This document shows, one piece after another, positions 6,408-14,693 of a DNA stretch of 32,000 bases. Positions within the stretch are counted from its first letter, which is position 1, and every line of letters starts with the position of its first letter. This DNA is from Candidatus Saccharimonadota bacterium. GTDB lineage: Bacteria > Patescibacteriota > Saccharimonadia > Saccharimonadales > UBA4665. The notes below the pieces were generated by a model that was not told the origin of the DNA, made no database searches, and was given only the letters and a program-made list of their open reading frames with translations. Location of the stretch: assembly GCA_016700375.1 (NCBI GenBank), contig CP065016.1, positions 210,001-242,000 of the forward strand. Direction: 5' to 3'. The translations under genes were made by a program, and so were the position numbers.

Positions 6408-6546
6408 ACTACTACGGCTACACCGCCAGTGGCGATAGCCCAGACTTCATTACAGATGTAAGTGGCACTGTCACACAGAAGTATCTATCACTTCCTGGAG
6501 GGGTTAAAGTAACTATTCGTCCAGACAGAGCCAGTGCTGGTATAGC
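6408..6546 (+). pseudogene. truncated fifth Rhs core fragment (module E remnant)
   Basis: Encodes YYGYTASGDSPDFITDVSGTVTQKYLSLPGGVKVTIRPDRASAG, then stops (..IAAS*). Near-identical to 931-1060 and 4955-5084. It has no core end and no tip. Confidence 0.8.
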
Positions 6547-6590
6547 CGCGAGTTAGTGACTGTTCTTCACAAAAAAGCAGTTCACTAAGG

Positions 6591-8204
6591 TTAATCGGGT
6601 AACTTTGGCAGGCTTGGTTCGACGCGCATAACGGGTATGCAGACGTTTCGGCCTTTCCAGTTTACGGTGCCGAACTCGTAGCGTAGCATCGAAATATGCA
6701 GCATGACGATATCTGCAGCAAACCCAAACGGAGCCGTCAGAAACGCCACCAGGGGACTATTTAGCTTTGTTTGGACCGATATTAGGTAGTACATAACCTC
6801 TACCGCAAGCACGTTGCCTAACCACAGCGCCAAGTACCCCCCAGTGTGCGGCAGCAAAAAACTGAGAGGAAGACCTATGAACGGCCCCAAGAAGAACGTA
6901 AGCTCAAACAATGTTGTTGCCGCCACAAGCTCAAGCCTACGGTGTAATTGTGGGTAACGCACACGCACCGTAGTATCAAACTGTTCCTGGAACGACTTGG
7001 TACTATGAACTTGCAGTGCGCCGTTGGTTCGCACGAAGGTATATATATCCCTTGTCACAGCTTGTTTCGCAAAATGTGCTTCCGGTGAAACACTTTGTGT
7101 CACCGCAGCAAATCCTCCAAGTTCAGCGAGCAAATCTGCCCGTACTACCCAGCAAGTACTAAGTACCGGGGGCCTTTTAAAAAGTCGCCTCGGCAAACAA
7201 AGCTCCCAGTAGTAGCGCATAGTCTGCAGAAAAGACACTATTTTGTCGCCACTATGCGAGCGCGTCGGTAGTACACTCAACATCTCTTTTTTGCGTGAGA
7301 GCATAGTTTCAATAATTGCCCGCACAGCGTGTGACTCAAAAAGCGTATCAACCCCACAGAACACGAGTACACTACCCGACGCTTCAGAACGAAGCTGTTC
7401 GTAGGCATAGTTTTTTGCCACCCAATCGTCTGGCGGCACCTGGCCCTTTATGAACCGAACACCATTTTGGGCGTACTCACGAATAATCTCTGGTGTTTTT
7501 CTGCCTATGGAACAGTCATCGAGCACAAGAATTTCAAGTTTTGGATAATCGTTGGCTATGAGGCTCTCTAGACACTGCCGCAGGGCATCGGTTTCATCTC
7601 GTGCGGGTACTAACACACTGACGCTGGGCAGCTCTGCATCAGTATAGTGCTGGTTTATTTCTGCAGGCTTTGCGTATTCCCATGTTCGCAGGCTCGCCCG
7701 CAACAGCGCCAGAATACCTAACAGCTGAACTGCTCCAATCACCCCAAACACGACCACTGCGTCAACGTCTCGTACCGACCATAAGAGTGTGGCAAACACA
7801 ACCTGAACAGACACAATCCAGCTGTGACTTCTTATTGAGACAGCTCTTAGGCGAGGACCGTGCATCCGGTACCGTGCAAATCGCGCAATATTGAGGAGGC
7901 GGTATGGCATAAGCAGCATCGGCACGCACCAAATTGCCCAATCATAAGCCAAGAGACTAGCATTTGCTGAAACTATTCCAATTACTATAACTCCAACGGT
8001 GAAGTGCCGCAAAAATACCTTTTTCCCGAGTAATGACGTACCGAACAGATAGATACACGCCTCAAGCGCGGCAACAAACGCCCAGAAGCCAAGCCAAACA
8101 TACATGTTTTTACTATAGCAGCTTCTTTTGCGCGGAACATACTTTCTGCTAGTATCGCGATGAAACATCTTGACTCCGGTGCGCGAATGACGTACTCTTG
8201 ACAT
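6591..8204 (-). CDS. membrane-embedded family-2 glycosyltransferase
   Basis: VSVLVPARDETDALRQCLESLIANDYPKLEILVLDDCS is a GT2 signature, flanked by multiple hydrophobic segments at both ends. An internal ATG at 8168 has a GGAG 6 nt upstream and may be the true start. Confidence 0.8.
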   Translation of the reverse strand: MSRVRHSRTGVKMFHRDTSRKYVPRKRSCYSKNMYVWLGFWAFVAALEACIYLFGTSLLGKKVFLRHFTVGVIVIGIVSANASLLAYDWAIWCVPMLLMPYRLLNIARFARYRMHGPRLRAVSIRSHSWIVSVQVVFATLLWSVRDVDAVVVFGVIGAVQLLGILALLRASLRTWEYAKPAEINQHYTDAELPSVSVLVPARDETDALRQCLESLIANDYPKLEILVLDDCSIGRKTPEIIREYAQNGVRFIKGQVPPDDWVAKNYAYEQLRSEASGSVLVFCGVDTLFESHAVRAIIETMLSRKKEMLSVLPTRSHSGDKIVSFLQTMRYYWELCLPRRLFKRPPVLSTCWVVRADLLAELGGFAAVTQSVSPEAHFAKQAVTRDIYTFVRTNGALQVHSTKSFQEQFDTTVRVRYPQLHRRLELVAATTLFELTFFLGPFIGLPLSFLLPHTGGYLALWLGNVLAVEVMYYLISVQTKLNSPLVAFLTAPFGFAADIVMLHISMLRYEFGTVNWKGRNVCIPVMRVEPSLPKLPD

Positions 8205-8209
8205 AGAAC

Positions 8210-8232
8210 GCCTACAACACTGTAGGCTTTTT
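8210..8232 (+). terminator. terminator-like hairpin between the GT2 start and secE
   Basis: GCCTACA-ACAC-TGTAGGC followed by TTTTT on the + strand. No + strand gene ends here, so its role is unclear: it could be an insulator or a 5'-UTR structure of the - strand gene. Confidence 0.3.
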
Positions 8233-8275
8233 AATTGGGATAATTGGCCTCACGGGCCGAAAGTGAGAAACATCG

Positions 8276-8647
8276 GTGGCAACCAAGAAGAAAAAATCAG
8301 TAGACGAACAGACTCTTTGGCAAGTTTTTTGGAGCGGTTTTGTACTACCCGCAAAGCTTTTGTGGCGCGGCCTGGTTTGGCTGAGTCATCAGTTCCCACT
8401 GAAGCACATTGGTCATGCGCTCCGCTGGATAGCGCAGCTGCCGCCGTTTCGGCTCCTTTGGCGCATTCTTGGCCTAACGTATATTCGTGCAAGCTGGAAA
8501 GAGCTTCGCGGCGTTACGTGGCCTACGTTCCGAGATAGTGTGCGGCTTACCACTGCCGTTATCATATTTTCAATACTGTTTGGTCTTATGATTGCTGTGG
8601 TGGACTACGGCCTAGACAAAGTCTTTAAAGAGCTATTTGTGAAATAA
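8276..8647 (+). CDS. secE: preprotein translocase subunit SecE (long N-terminus)
   Basis: C-terminal WKELRGVTWPTFRDSVRLTTAVIIFSILFGLMIAVVDYGLDKVF is the typical SecE TM region. The gene sits directly upstream of nusG. Confidence 0.8.
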   Translation: MATKKKKSVDEQTLWQVFWSGFVLPAKLLWRGLVWLSHQFPLKHIGHALRWIAQLPPFRLLWRILGLTYIRASWKELRGVTWPTFRDSVRLTTAVIIFSILFGLMIAVVDYGLDKVFKELFVK

Positions 8648-8655
8648 GGAGTTAT

Positions 8656-9201
8656 ATGAGTACGAAGCGCTACGACACAAGCAAACAATGGTATGCCATA
8701 CACACCTACAGCGGCTACGAAGAAAAGGTTGCCGAGAGCATTCGCCAACGAGCCGAGTCGCTCGACATGAAAGATAAAATCTTTCAAGCTCTTGTACCGA
8801 AAGAAAAGCAAATTGAGATTAAGAACGGCAAACGCAAGATTGTCGAAAAACGTATTTTCCAAGGCTACGTGCTCGTCCAGATGAAACTGAGTGAAGATGC
8901 TTGGTACATTGTACGCAACACACCAAGTGTAACCGGCTTTGTCGGCAGCGGCACCGAACCAACGCCAGTTGACCCAGATGAAATTGAGAAAATCCAGAAG
9001 CGCATGGGCTTAGAGCAGCCAAAGCACAAGATAGACTACGCTATAGGCGAGGTGGTAAACATCATCGACGGTCCATTCAAAGGCTTTGACGGCTCTGTAT
9101 CAGAGATTGACCCCCAAAAGGGCAAACTCAAAGTCCTCGTCAATATGTTCGGCCGCGAAACCCCAGTAGAACTTGACTCGTTGCAAGTAAAACGAGTCTA
9201 G
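8656..9201 (+). CDS. nusG: transcription termination/antitermination factor NusG
   Basis: WYAIHTYSGYEEKV NGN start and a C-terminal KOW domain (GEVVNIIDGPFKGFDGSVSEIDPQKGKLKVLVNMFGRETPVEL). Confidence 0.95.
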   Translation: MSTKRYDTSKQWYAIHTYSGYEEKVAESIRQRAESLDMKDKIFQALVPKEKQIEIKNGKRKIVEKRIFQGYVLVQMKLSEDAWYIVRNTPSVTGFVGSGTEPTPVDPDEIEKIQKRMGLEQPKHKIDYAIGEVVNIIDGPFKGFDGSVSEIDPQKGKLKVLVNMFGRETPVELDSLQVKRV

Positions 9202-9204
9202 GCG

Positions 9205-9657
9205 CAACGACCAACAATCAAGTTATCGACGTTCAACAAACTATCAACTATGCAACATATTAACCAGCAGCTTGAAGAAAGAATGCTTAATTTCAGTGTT
9301 GCCGTGGTCAGACATTGCGCAAAGCTCAAACAACCTATTCTCAAACCTATTACGTCACAAGTAATTAGGTCGGCATCTAGCATTGGTGCAAATTTTGTAG
9401 AGGCTAATAACGGCTCCTCAAAGCAAGATTTCCGCAACAAGATATTTATCGCCAAAAAAGAAGCAAACGAAACGAAATATTGGCTCCGAATGTTACAAAA
9501 ACTTGGTGATAGTACAGATGAATTACAGTGCCTCCTCTCTGAAGTCCAAGAATTTATCCTTATCTTGCAAAAAATCATCAATACTCTAAAACACAGTTGA
9601 CTTGTTGTTTGTTGCTAGTTTGTTGATAACTTGATAGTTGAACGTTGTTAGTTGACC
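9205..9657 (+). other. inverted-repeat-flanked cassette carrying the four-helix-bundle gene
   Basis: The left arm (9205-9249) is rich in CAAC words and the right arm (9601-9657) in GTTG words. They share complementary blocks such as ATCAAGTTATC / GATAACTTGAT and AACAAACTA / TAGTTTGTT. Confidence 0.6.
9250..9600 (+). CDS. four-helix-bundle protein (23S rRNA intervening-sequence protein / Avd-like family)
   Basis: LNFSVAVVRHC..L......I.SQVIRSASSIGANFVEANNGSSKQDFRNKIFIAKKEANETKYWLRML is the family signature. Confidence 0.85.
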   Translation: MQHINQQLEERMLNFSVAVVRHCAKLKQPILKPITSQVIRSASSIGANFVEANNGSSKQDFRNKIFIAKKEANETKYWLRMLQKLGDSTDELQCLLSEVQEFILILQKIINTLKHS

Positions 9658-9673
9658 TATTCTATGCTAGAAT
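9645..9673 (+). promoter_or_regulatory. candidate rplK promoter with an extended -10
   Basis: TTGTTA (9645-9650), 17 nt spacer, then TGcTAGAAT (9665-9673). The ~90-nt leader contains nested stems GAACGG/CCGTTC and GAGGC/GCCTC. Confidence 0.4.
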
Positions 9674-9762
9674 AGTCTCTGTTACGCACTACTTAAAGGT
9701 AGGAGAACGGCGAGGCTAGCTTCAAATGCCTCATAATATCCCGTTCGAAAAGGAGATAACTG

Positions 9763-10191
9763 ATGGCAAAAGTCGTCAAAGCAAACTTAAAAATGAAAAT
9801 TAAAGGTGGGCAGGCTTCTGCCGCGCCACCCGTGGGTTCTACCCTCGGTCAGTACGGCGTGAACATGATGGATTTTATCCAGCCATTCAATGACGCCACC
9901 AAAGACATGCAGGGCAAAACCGTCACGGCGCACATCACCATTTACGATGACCGCACCATGAGTTTTCGCGTGGTCGCAGAACCAACCGACGACCGCATTC
10001 GTGCGGCTCTTGGCATACAAAAGGGTTCTGGCCGACCAAACAGCGAAAAGATTGCGAAGAAGCTCAGCCAGGCTGACTTGCGCAAAATAGCCGAAGAAAA
10101 AGCCAGCGACATGAACACCGACGACGTAGAAGCCGTCATGAAAATGGTAGCCGGCACCGCCCGAAGTATGGGTGTCGAGGTGGAGGCATAA
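9763..10191 (+). CDS. rplK: 50S ribosomal protein L11
   Basis: KMKIKGGQASAAPPVGSTLGQYGVNMMDFIQPFN... is a canonical L11 sequence. AAGGAG lies upstream. Confidence 0.97.
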   Translation: MAKVVKANLKMKIKGGQASAAPPVGSTLGQYGVNMMDFIQPFNDATKDMQGKTVTAHITIYDDRTMSFRVVAEPTDDRIRAALGIQKGSGRPNSEKIAKKLSQADLRKIAEEKASDMNTDDVEAVMKMVAGTARSMGVEVEA

Positions 10192-10192
10192 T

Positions 10193-10471
10193 ATGGGCGG
10201 AGAAACTAAGCCTGCAAAGGCCCTTGGATATGCTTTTTCAAATGCTCCAAATCTTGAATCACATCACCTAATGAGTGCACTGAATGCAAGTGGCGTAGAC
10301 GCCAGTCATACTGGTGAAGCACATCCAATACAAATTCACGTGCCACCACGCGAAATAGTTGTAGAGCAACCGACAGTGGAACAACGCGCAGCCCGTATGA
10401 TTGCTGAACTACAACCCGCCGGAACACTACACGGGGATGCGTTTAGAGAATCAAATCAGCACCTATTATAA
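10193..10471 (+). CDS. hypothetical 92-aa protein between rplK and rplA
   Basis: The ATG at 10193 lies 6 nt after GGAGG, which sits inside the end of rplK. The ORF track starts it at 10172. No similarity recognised. Confidence 0.4.
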   Translation: MGGETKPAKALGYAFSNAPNLESHHLMSALNASGVDASHTGEAHPIQIHVPPREIVVEQPTVEQRAARMIAELQPAGTLHGDAFRESNQHLL

Positions 10472-10550
10472 AAAATTATTTGTAAAAATTTGTGGGACCC
10501 TTCTTTGCAAAAGCTACGAAGGGGTTTGTACCACGAAAGGAGAATGAATT

Positions 10551-11510
10551 ATGGTAAAGAAAAAAGTAGATGATGCAGCGGCAATGGCGCTCGAGCTTGA
10601 GGCTCAGGCTGCAGCTGCTCTTGCGGCAGAAAACACAGCTGAAACGAATGAAGTTGAGGTAACAGAGGAAAAAGACGCATCCCAGGTGAAAGCAACGGCC
10701 AAGGCAGGCAAACGAAGTGCCAAAGGCATCGAAGAAGCCGAAGCTAAGGCAGAGAAAATTGAACACCAGAAACACCGCGACGAAGAAGAGGCCGAAGCCG
10801 AGGCAAAACCAAAGGCTCCGGTAAAACCAACGCGCAGCCGCCTAGAACGCCGCAGCAAGGGCTACCGCAAAAGCGCCGAGCTGGTTGAAAAAGGCAAAGT
10901 ATACGCACTGGGTGAAGCGCTAGAACTCGCTACCAAAACCAGCAGTGTCAAGTTTGATGCAAGCGTAGAGCTCCACGTGAACCTCGGAGTAGACCCACGC
11001 CAGGCCGACCAAAACATCCGTGCTAATCTTGTGCTTCCACAAGGTACCGGCAAAACCGTACGCGTCGCTGTATTTTCTGACGACAAAGTCACTGGTGCAG
11101 ACCTCGCGGGTGTAGAAGAAATCACCAAGCAACTTGATAAGGGCGAAATTAGTTTCGACACCCTCATCGCTACACCAGCCAACATGCCAAAGCTTGGCAA
11201 ATACGCTCGTCTGCTCGGGCCACGCGGTCTCATGCCGAACCCAAAGAGCGGCACGGTCACGACCGATGTGCAAAAGGCTGTTTCCGAAGCAAAAGCCGGC
11301 CGCGTTGAATACCGCGTAGACAGTACCGGTATAGTCCATCTTGCCGTTGGCAAAGTCAGCTTTGGCGGAGCAAAACTACTCGAAAACGCAGCCGCCGTCA
11401 TGGCCAACATAAAGAGCGCCAAGCCACAAAGTGTAAAAGGCAACTACATCAAGGCTGTTCACATCACAACCACCATGGGCCCCAGCATCCCCGTCAACCC
11501 AAACGAATAA
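10551..11510 (+). CDS. rplA: 50S ribosomal protein L1 with a ~95-aa A/E/K-rich N-terminal extension
   Basis: Canonical L1 begins near residue 100 ([30 protein letters not shown]...[26 protein letters not shown]). There is no internal Met near that point. Confidence 0.95.
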   Translation: MVKKKVDDAAAMALELEAQAAAALAAENTAETNEVEVTEEKDASQVKATAKAGKRSAKGIEEAEAKAEKIEHQKHRDEEEAEAEAKPKAPVKPTRSRLERRSKGYRKSAELVEKGKVYALGEALELATKTSSVKFDASVELHVNLGVDPRQADQNIRANLVLPQGTGKTVRVAVFSDDKVTGADLAGVEEITKQLDKGEISFDTLIATPANMPKLGKYARLLGPRGLMPNPKSGTVTTDVQKAVSEAKAGRVEYRVDSTGIVHLAVGKVSFGGAKLLENAAAVMANIKSAKPQSVKGNYIKAVHITTTMGPSIPVNPNE

Positions 11511-11546
11511 AACGTAATTCAACTGCGGTGGGAGAATGGTTACTAT

Positions 11547-12173
11547 ATGTCAGAATTCACCTTTACAAAGCCAGAAGCAGGTGCGGATTTCCTCCAGTAC
11601 GAAGTACGCCGCTTACCAAACGGAGTACTCGCCGCCTGTGTCCAGTGGTCGCCTGACCAGCTGGATTGGAACCCTGGGCGACACCAGAAACATTCTGATG
11701 ATTTGGCGGCCAGACTGCAACATATTGCAGAAGCTGCCGGTGAACGCGGGCCAATAACCTCGTGGGAATCATTGGCTGGTCTCAGTTTTGAAGCTGCAAG
11801 TACCATTCGCAACCGAAACGCACAATGGCAAGAAAAGCTTTTCATGCATGGCTACGGTATCGTCGTTATTGCTCAAGCCGAAACCCGAGACGATCCCACT
11901 GTCCACCCATACATCGATTATGAAGTATCTGGAAATGTCGGTATAGCAGTGACTAGTCCTTCCACGCAGCAAGAAGCAGAGTATATAAAAAAATATGTAG
12001 GTAATCCTCGTGCGTATCTAAGCGTAAGCCACAGTCACAACTTTCCGGTAGCGTTGCCTGTAACTGCGCATTTGGGACCGAGCAGCGCCATTGAGGCTAT
12101 GGCACAAAATAGCTTTAGAGTAGATGCTGAGACCCGCGCTCATCTCGGATCTCTGACACTCACAGCAAACTAA
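11547..12173 (+). CDS. hypothetical protein (208 aa)
   Basis: Long ORF directly after rplA, convergent with upp. No motif recognised. Confidence 0.5.
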   Translation: MSEFTFTKPEAGADFLQYEVRRLPNGVLAACVQWSPDQLDWNPGRHQKHSDDLAARLQHIAEAAGERGPITSWESLAGLSFEAASTIRNRNAQWQEKLFMHGYGIVVIAQAETRDDPTVHPYIDYEVSGNVGIAVTSPSTQQEAEYIKKYVGNPRAYLSVSHSHNFPVALPVTAHLGPSSAIEAMAQNSFRVDAETRAHLGSLTLTAN

Positions 12174-12194
12174 GCCTATTCAGTAATAGATTTA

Positions 12195-12869
12195 CTACGC
12201 TTGTTTCTTTTCGCCGAAGGCGAGGTCGCCGGCATCGCCGAGGCCGGGGACAATGTACTTTTGGTCATTAAGCTCGGGGTCTATTGCCGCACACCAGATG
12301 GCTGCGTGCTTAAAACCGCGCTGTTCTAGGCCAGCACGCACGGCATCCACCCCCGCTTGCGCAGCAATAGCCACAACTACGTGTATGTTGCTCGGCTGCC
12401 CGCCTTCGGCGATGAACTCGTCTATGCCATCGAGCAAGGAAGAGCCAGTTGCAAGCATGGGGTCAGCAACAATCAGCAAGCGACGGCTTACATCTGGGCA
12501 GGTGCAATAATCTGCCTGTACAGTAAAATCGCCATTTGCGTCGTGTTTGCGGTAGGCCGCCAGAAAGGCATTATCTGCCTGCGGAAACACCTGCATGACA
12601 CCATTCCACAGCGGCAAACCAGCCCGGAGTATGGTCGCCACAACTGGTTGTTGGGTCAGTCTGTAGCCGTGGGTTTCTTGTAGCGGGGTTTCAATAGCGA
12701 TTTTTTCGTAGTGCAGCGTTTTGCTCAGCTCGTTAGCCAGCAAAAAACCCACCCGCTCCATAGTACGCCGAAACCGCTCTCGTTCGCCGTGAACCTCCAC
12801 GTCACGTAAATCCGTCACGCACTCAAGGATATTCCCGCCCAAATCACTTATATTATGCACTGTAGCCAT
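12195..12869 (-). CDS. upp: uracil phosphoribosyltransferase
   Basis: LLIVADPMLATGSS is a PRPP-binding motif, and the C-terminal YIVPGLGDAGDLAFG is typical of UPRT. GGAGG lies upstream. Confidence 0.92.
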   Translation of the reverse strand: MATVHNISDLGGNILECVTDLRDVEVHGERERFRRTMERVGFLLANELSKTLHYEKIAIETPLQETHGYRLTQQPVVATILRAGLPLWNGVMQVFPQADNAFLAAYRKHDANGDFTVQADYCTCPDVSRRLLIVADPMLATGSSLLDGIDEFIAEGGQPSNIHVVVAIAAQAGVDAVRAGLEQRGFKHAAIWCAAIDPELNDQKYIVPGLGDAGDLAFGEKKQA

Positions 12870-13092
12870 GTGTCCTCCGTTGTTACCTATTGTACATCTT
12901 AGTGCACAATTTCATCATTTGTTCGTAAATGAATGAGTATAAACTGATTTTGCTGGTCTTAATGTTATGCAAAATATATATGCAGCGGTTCTAGCGAATT
13001 TACCAAACCTCCGCCCATACTCTATTATTTTACGGATTGTGGTTGTTCAGCTTACACGCACCGTATGCCGCAAAGGTGATGGAAGGTTACGA

Positions 13093-13220
13093 GTACCTGA
13101 ATCTCAAAACCCTTCCTGCTATACCATGCTGTCATCCCAGTGAAAGCTGGGATCCAGAAATATATACCGGATTCCCGCCTTCGCGGGAATGACACTTTGG
13201 AGGTTTTGAGATTCAGGTAC
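13093..13220. mobile_element. 128-bp MITE-like element, second family
   Basis: 19-bp perfect terminal inverted repeats: GTACCTGAATCTCAAAACC / GGTTTTGAGATTCAGGTAC. The interior has two hairpins (CCCAG-TGAAAG-CTGGG and ATTCCCGC-CTTC-GCGGGAAT) enclosed by GTCAT...ATGAC. Confidence 0.7.
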
Positions 13221-13286
13221 GAGCAAATTGACATCTCGCCCAAAGATATATATAGTATGACAATATCAATGGCAAGGAGTGTGTGT

Positions 13287-13673
13287 ATGAAGTATATGAA
13301 ATCATTAATAATGACCGGTACTTTCCTGATTGCAGTGGCAACAATAAATATTGCAGGGGCGCAATCTGCGAGCGCAGCATGTGTGGACTATCAGTATGGC
13401 TATTCAACGACAACCAAGACTTGTGTCAAGTATATACAAATTTTGGCTAATGAAATCTATGCAAAAAGGAGTGTTGGCGCATACCGTGCACCTCTAGTTG
13501 TTGACGGCAAATATGGCTCCCTGACTACCAGCTACATCACCAATATTCAAGCGTATTCTAACGTTGCACTTCGGAACCCTGACGGATCACAGGGTCAAAC
13601 TATATTTTTGAGTAAGGATGGCATCACAGGTCGCCAAACCTGGGCGGTTCTTTGTAATTACCCCATAAGGTAA
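13287..13673 (+). CDS. secreted protein with a peptidoglycan-binding-like domain
   Basis: AAGGAG lies 8 nt upstream of ATG 13287. Signal peptide MKYMKSLIMTGTFLIAVATINIAGAQSASA, then CVKYIQILAN...VVDGKYGSLTTSYITNIQ...DGITGRQTWAVL (PG_binding_1-like). The part of the ORF upstream of 13287 is MITE sequence. Confidence 0.7.
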   Translation: MKYMKSLIMTGTFLIAVATINIAGAQSASAACVDYQYGYSTTTKTCVKYIQILANEIYAKRSVGAYRAPLVVDGKYGSLTTSYITNIQAYSNVALRNPDGSQGQTIFLSKDGITGRQTWAVLCNYPIR

Positions 13674-13736
13674 ACCACTAGTTCTACTAGTGTGACTCGC
13701 AAAGGTTTGACCTTCCCAGTAGTAACCCAGAAAATA

Positions 13737-14323
13737 AGAGCACCCGGAACCGTTTAGGTTTCGGGTGCTCTTCTTGCGATTGGTTGCCCCGCTGAAAGGA
13801 AACCATCTATGTCTACATCGTTAGACTACCATAGCTTATCTCATTCAAAATGGGATTTGAAGTACCATATTGTCTTCATCCCGAAAGGGAGAAGGAAAGC
13901 TCTCTACGGTGAGATACGCCCACGGTTGGGTAGAATATTTCACGAGCTGGCTAACCAAAAAGAATGCAAGATTCTGGAAGGCCATCTCATGTCCGATCAT
14001 GTTCACATGCTCATGGAGATACCACCAAAGTACAAAATCTCTGAAGTGATTGGCTTCATGAAGGGCAAAAGCGCTATTGCCATTGCCAGAGAGTTCGGCG
14101 GTAAGACCAGAAATTTCACGGGTGAACATTTCTGGGCCCGGGGCTATGCTGTTTCAAGCGTTGGATTTGAAGAGCAGGCCATCAGAAAGTACATCAGAGA
14201 GCAGGAGATCGATGACACAGCATCATCGGCTCAAGGAGCCTTCTAACTAATCAAACTAATACTGCGGGGCAACGATCGCCTTTTAGGCGACCCCACTCAG
14301 CAAGCCACCGGCATGCCGGTGGT
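13737..14323 (+). mobile_element. IS200/IS605-family element carrying tnpA only; boundaries approximate
   Basis: A hairpin AGAGCACCCGGAACC-GTTT-AGGTTTCGGGTGCTCT (13737-13772) lies upstream of tnpA. Downstream lie the hairpins GGGG..TCGCC-TTTTA-GGCGACCCC and the perfect palindrome CCACCGGCATGCCGGTGG (14306-14323). Subterminal hairpins are typical of this family. Confidence 0.7.
13809..14246 (+). CDS. tnpA: IS200-type Y1 (HUH) transposase TnpA
   Basis: SKWDLKYHIVFIPKGRRK, the HUH motif DHVHMLMEIPPK, and the catalytic-Tyr region FWARGYAVSSVG. Confidence 0.93.
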   Translation: MSTSLDYHSLSHSKWDLKYHIVFIPKGRRKALYGEIRPRLGRIFHELANQKECKILEGHLMSDHVHMLMEIPPKYKISEVIGFMKGKSAIAIAREFGGKTRNFTGEHFWARGYAVSSVGFEEQAIRKYIREQEIDDTASSAQGAF

Positions 14324-14492
14324 GTCTGACTACAGCCATGTTTTTCGAAGTAACCCGAATTATTATGTATTAAGCGCTGCGGGTTGCACAAAAAGTGATG
14401 GCACCTATACTGCATTTGACTACTTCTATGCCGTTGGCATGTCAAGCACCCCCCATTGAATACACTCTTCCCGTGCGTGGTTAGTCACAGGG

Positions 14493-14641
14493 CTGACCCA
14501 CACTCACTCTTTACTCCTGTGTCATCCCGACCCCCGTATCAAGTACGGGGCAGGCTCCGTGGAGGGATCTCGTTAGGCGTACATCAGACGGGACCTTTCG
14601 GCTTCGCTCAAGATGACATTCAAAAAGTGCACGTGGGTCAG
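14493..14641. mobile_element. 149-bp MITE (CTGACCCAC family), copy 2
   Basis: Near-identical to 3297-3445 apart from a few substitutions. The right terminus is degenerate (AAAAAGTGCACGTGGGTCAG), and no target duplication is visible. Confidence 0.8.
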
Positions 14642-14693
14642 AGTATGGATAAGTTTGATGACTATACCCTCTTTGTATTACTATTAAAAAGAT

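Noticed and set aside
8205-8275. tRNA gene upstream of secE, a common arrangement in bacteria
   Set aside because: There is no cloverleaf-compatible sequence, only a simple 7-bp hairpin with a T-run.
9198-9581. 127-aa ORF on the - strand
   Set aside because: It lies antisense to the four-helix-bundle gene, which carries a clear family signature on the + strand.
10604-11443. Several ORFs on the - strand (10604-10858, 10862-11443, 10920-11339)
   Set aside because: They lie antisense to rplA and have no SD or recognisable motifs.
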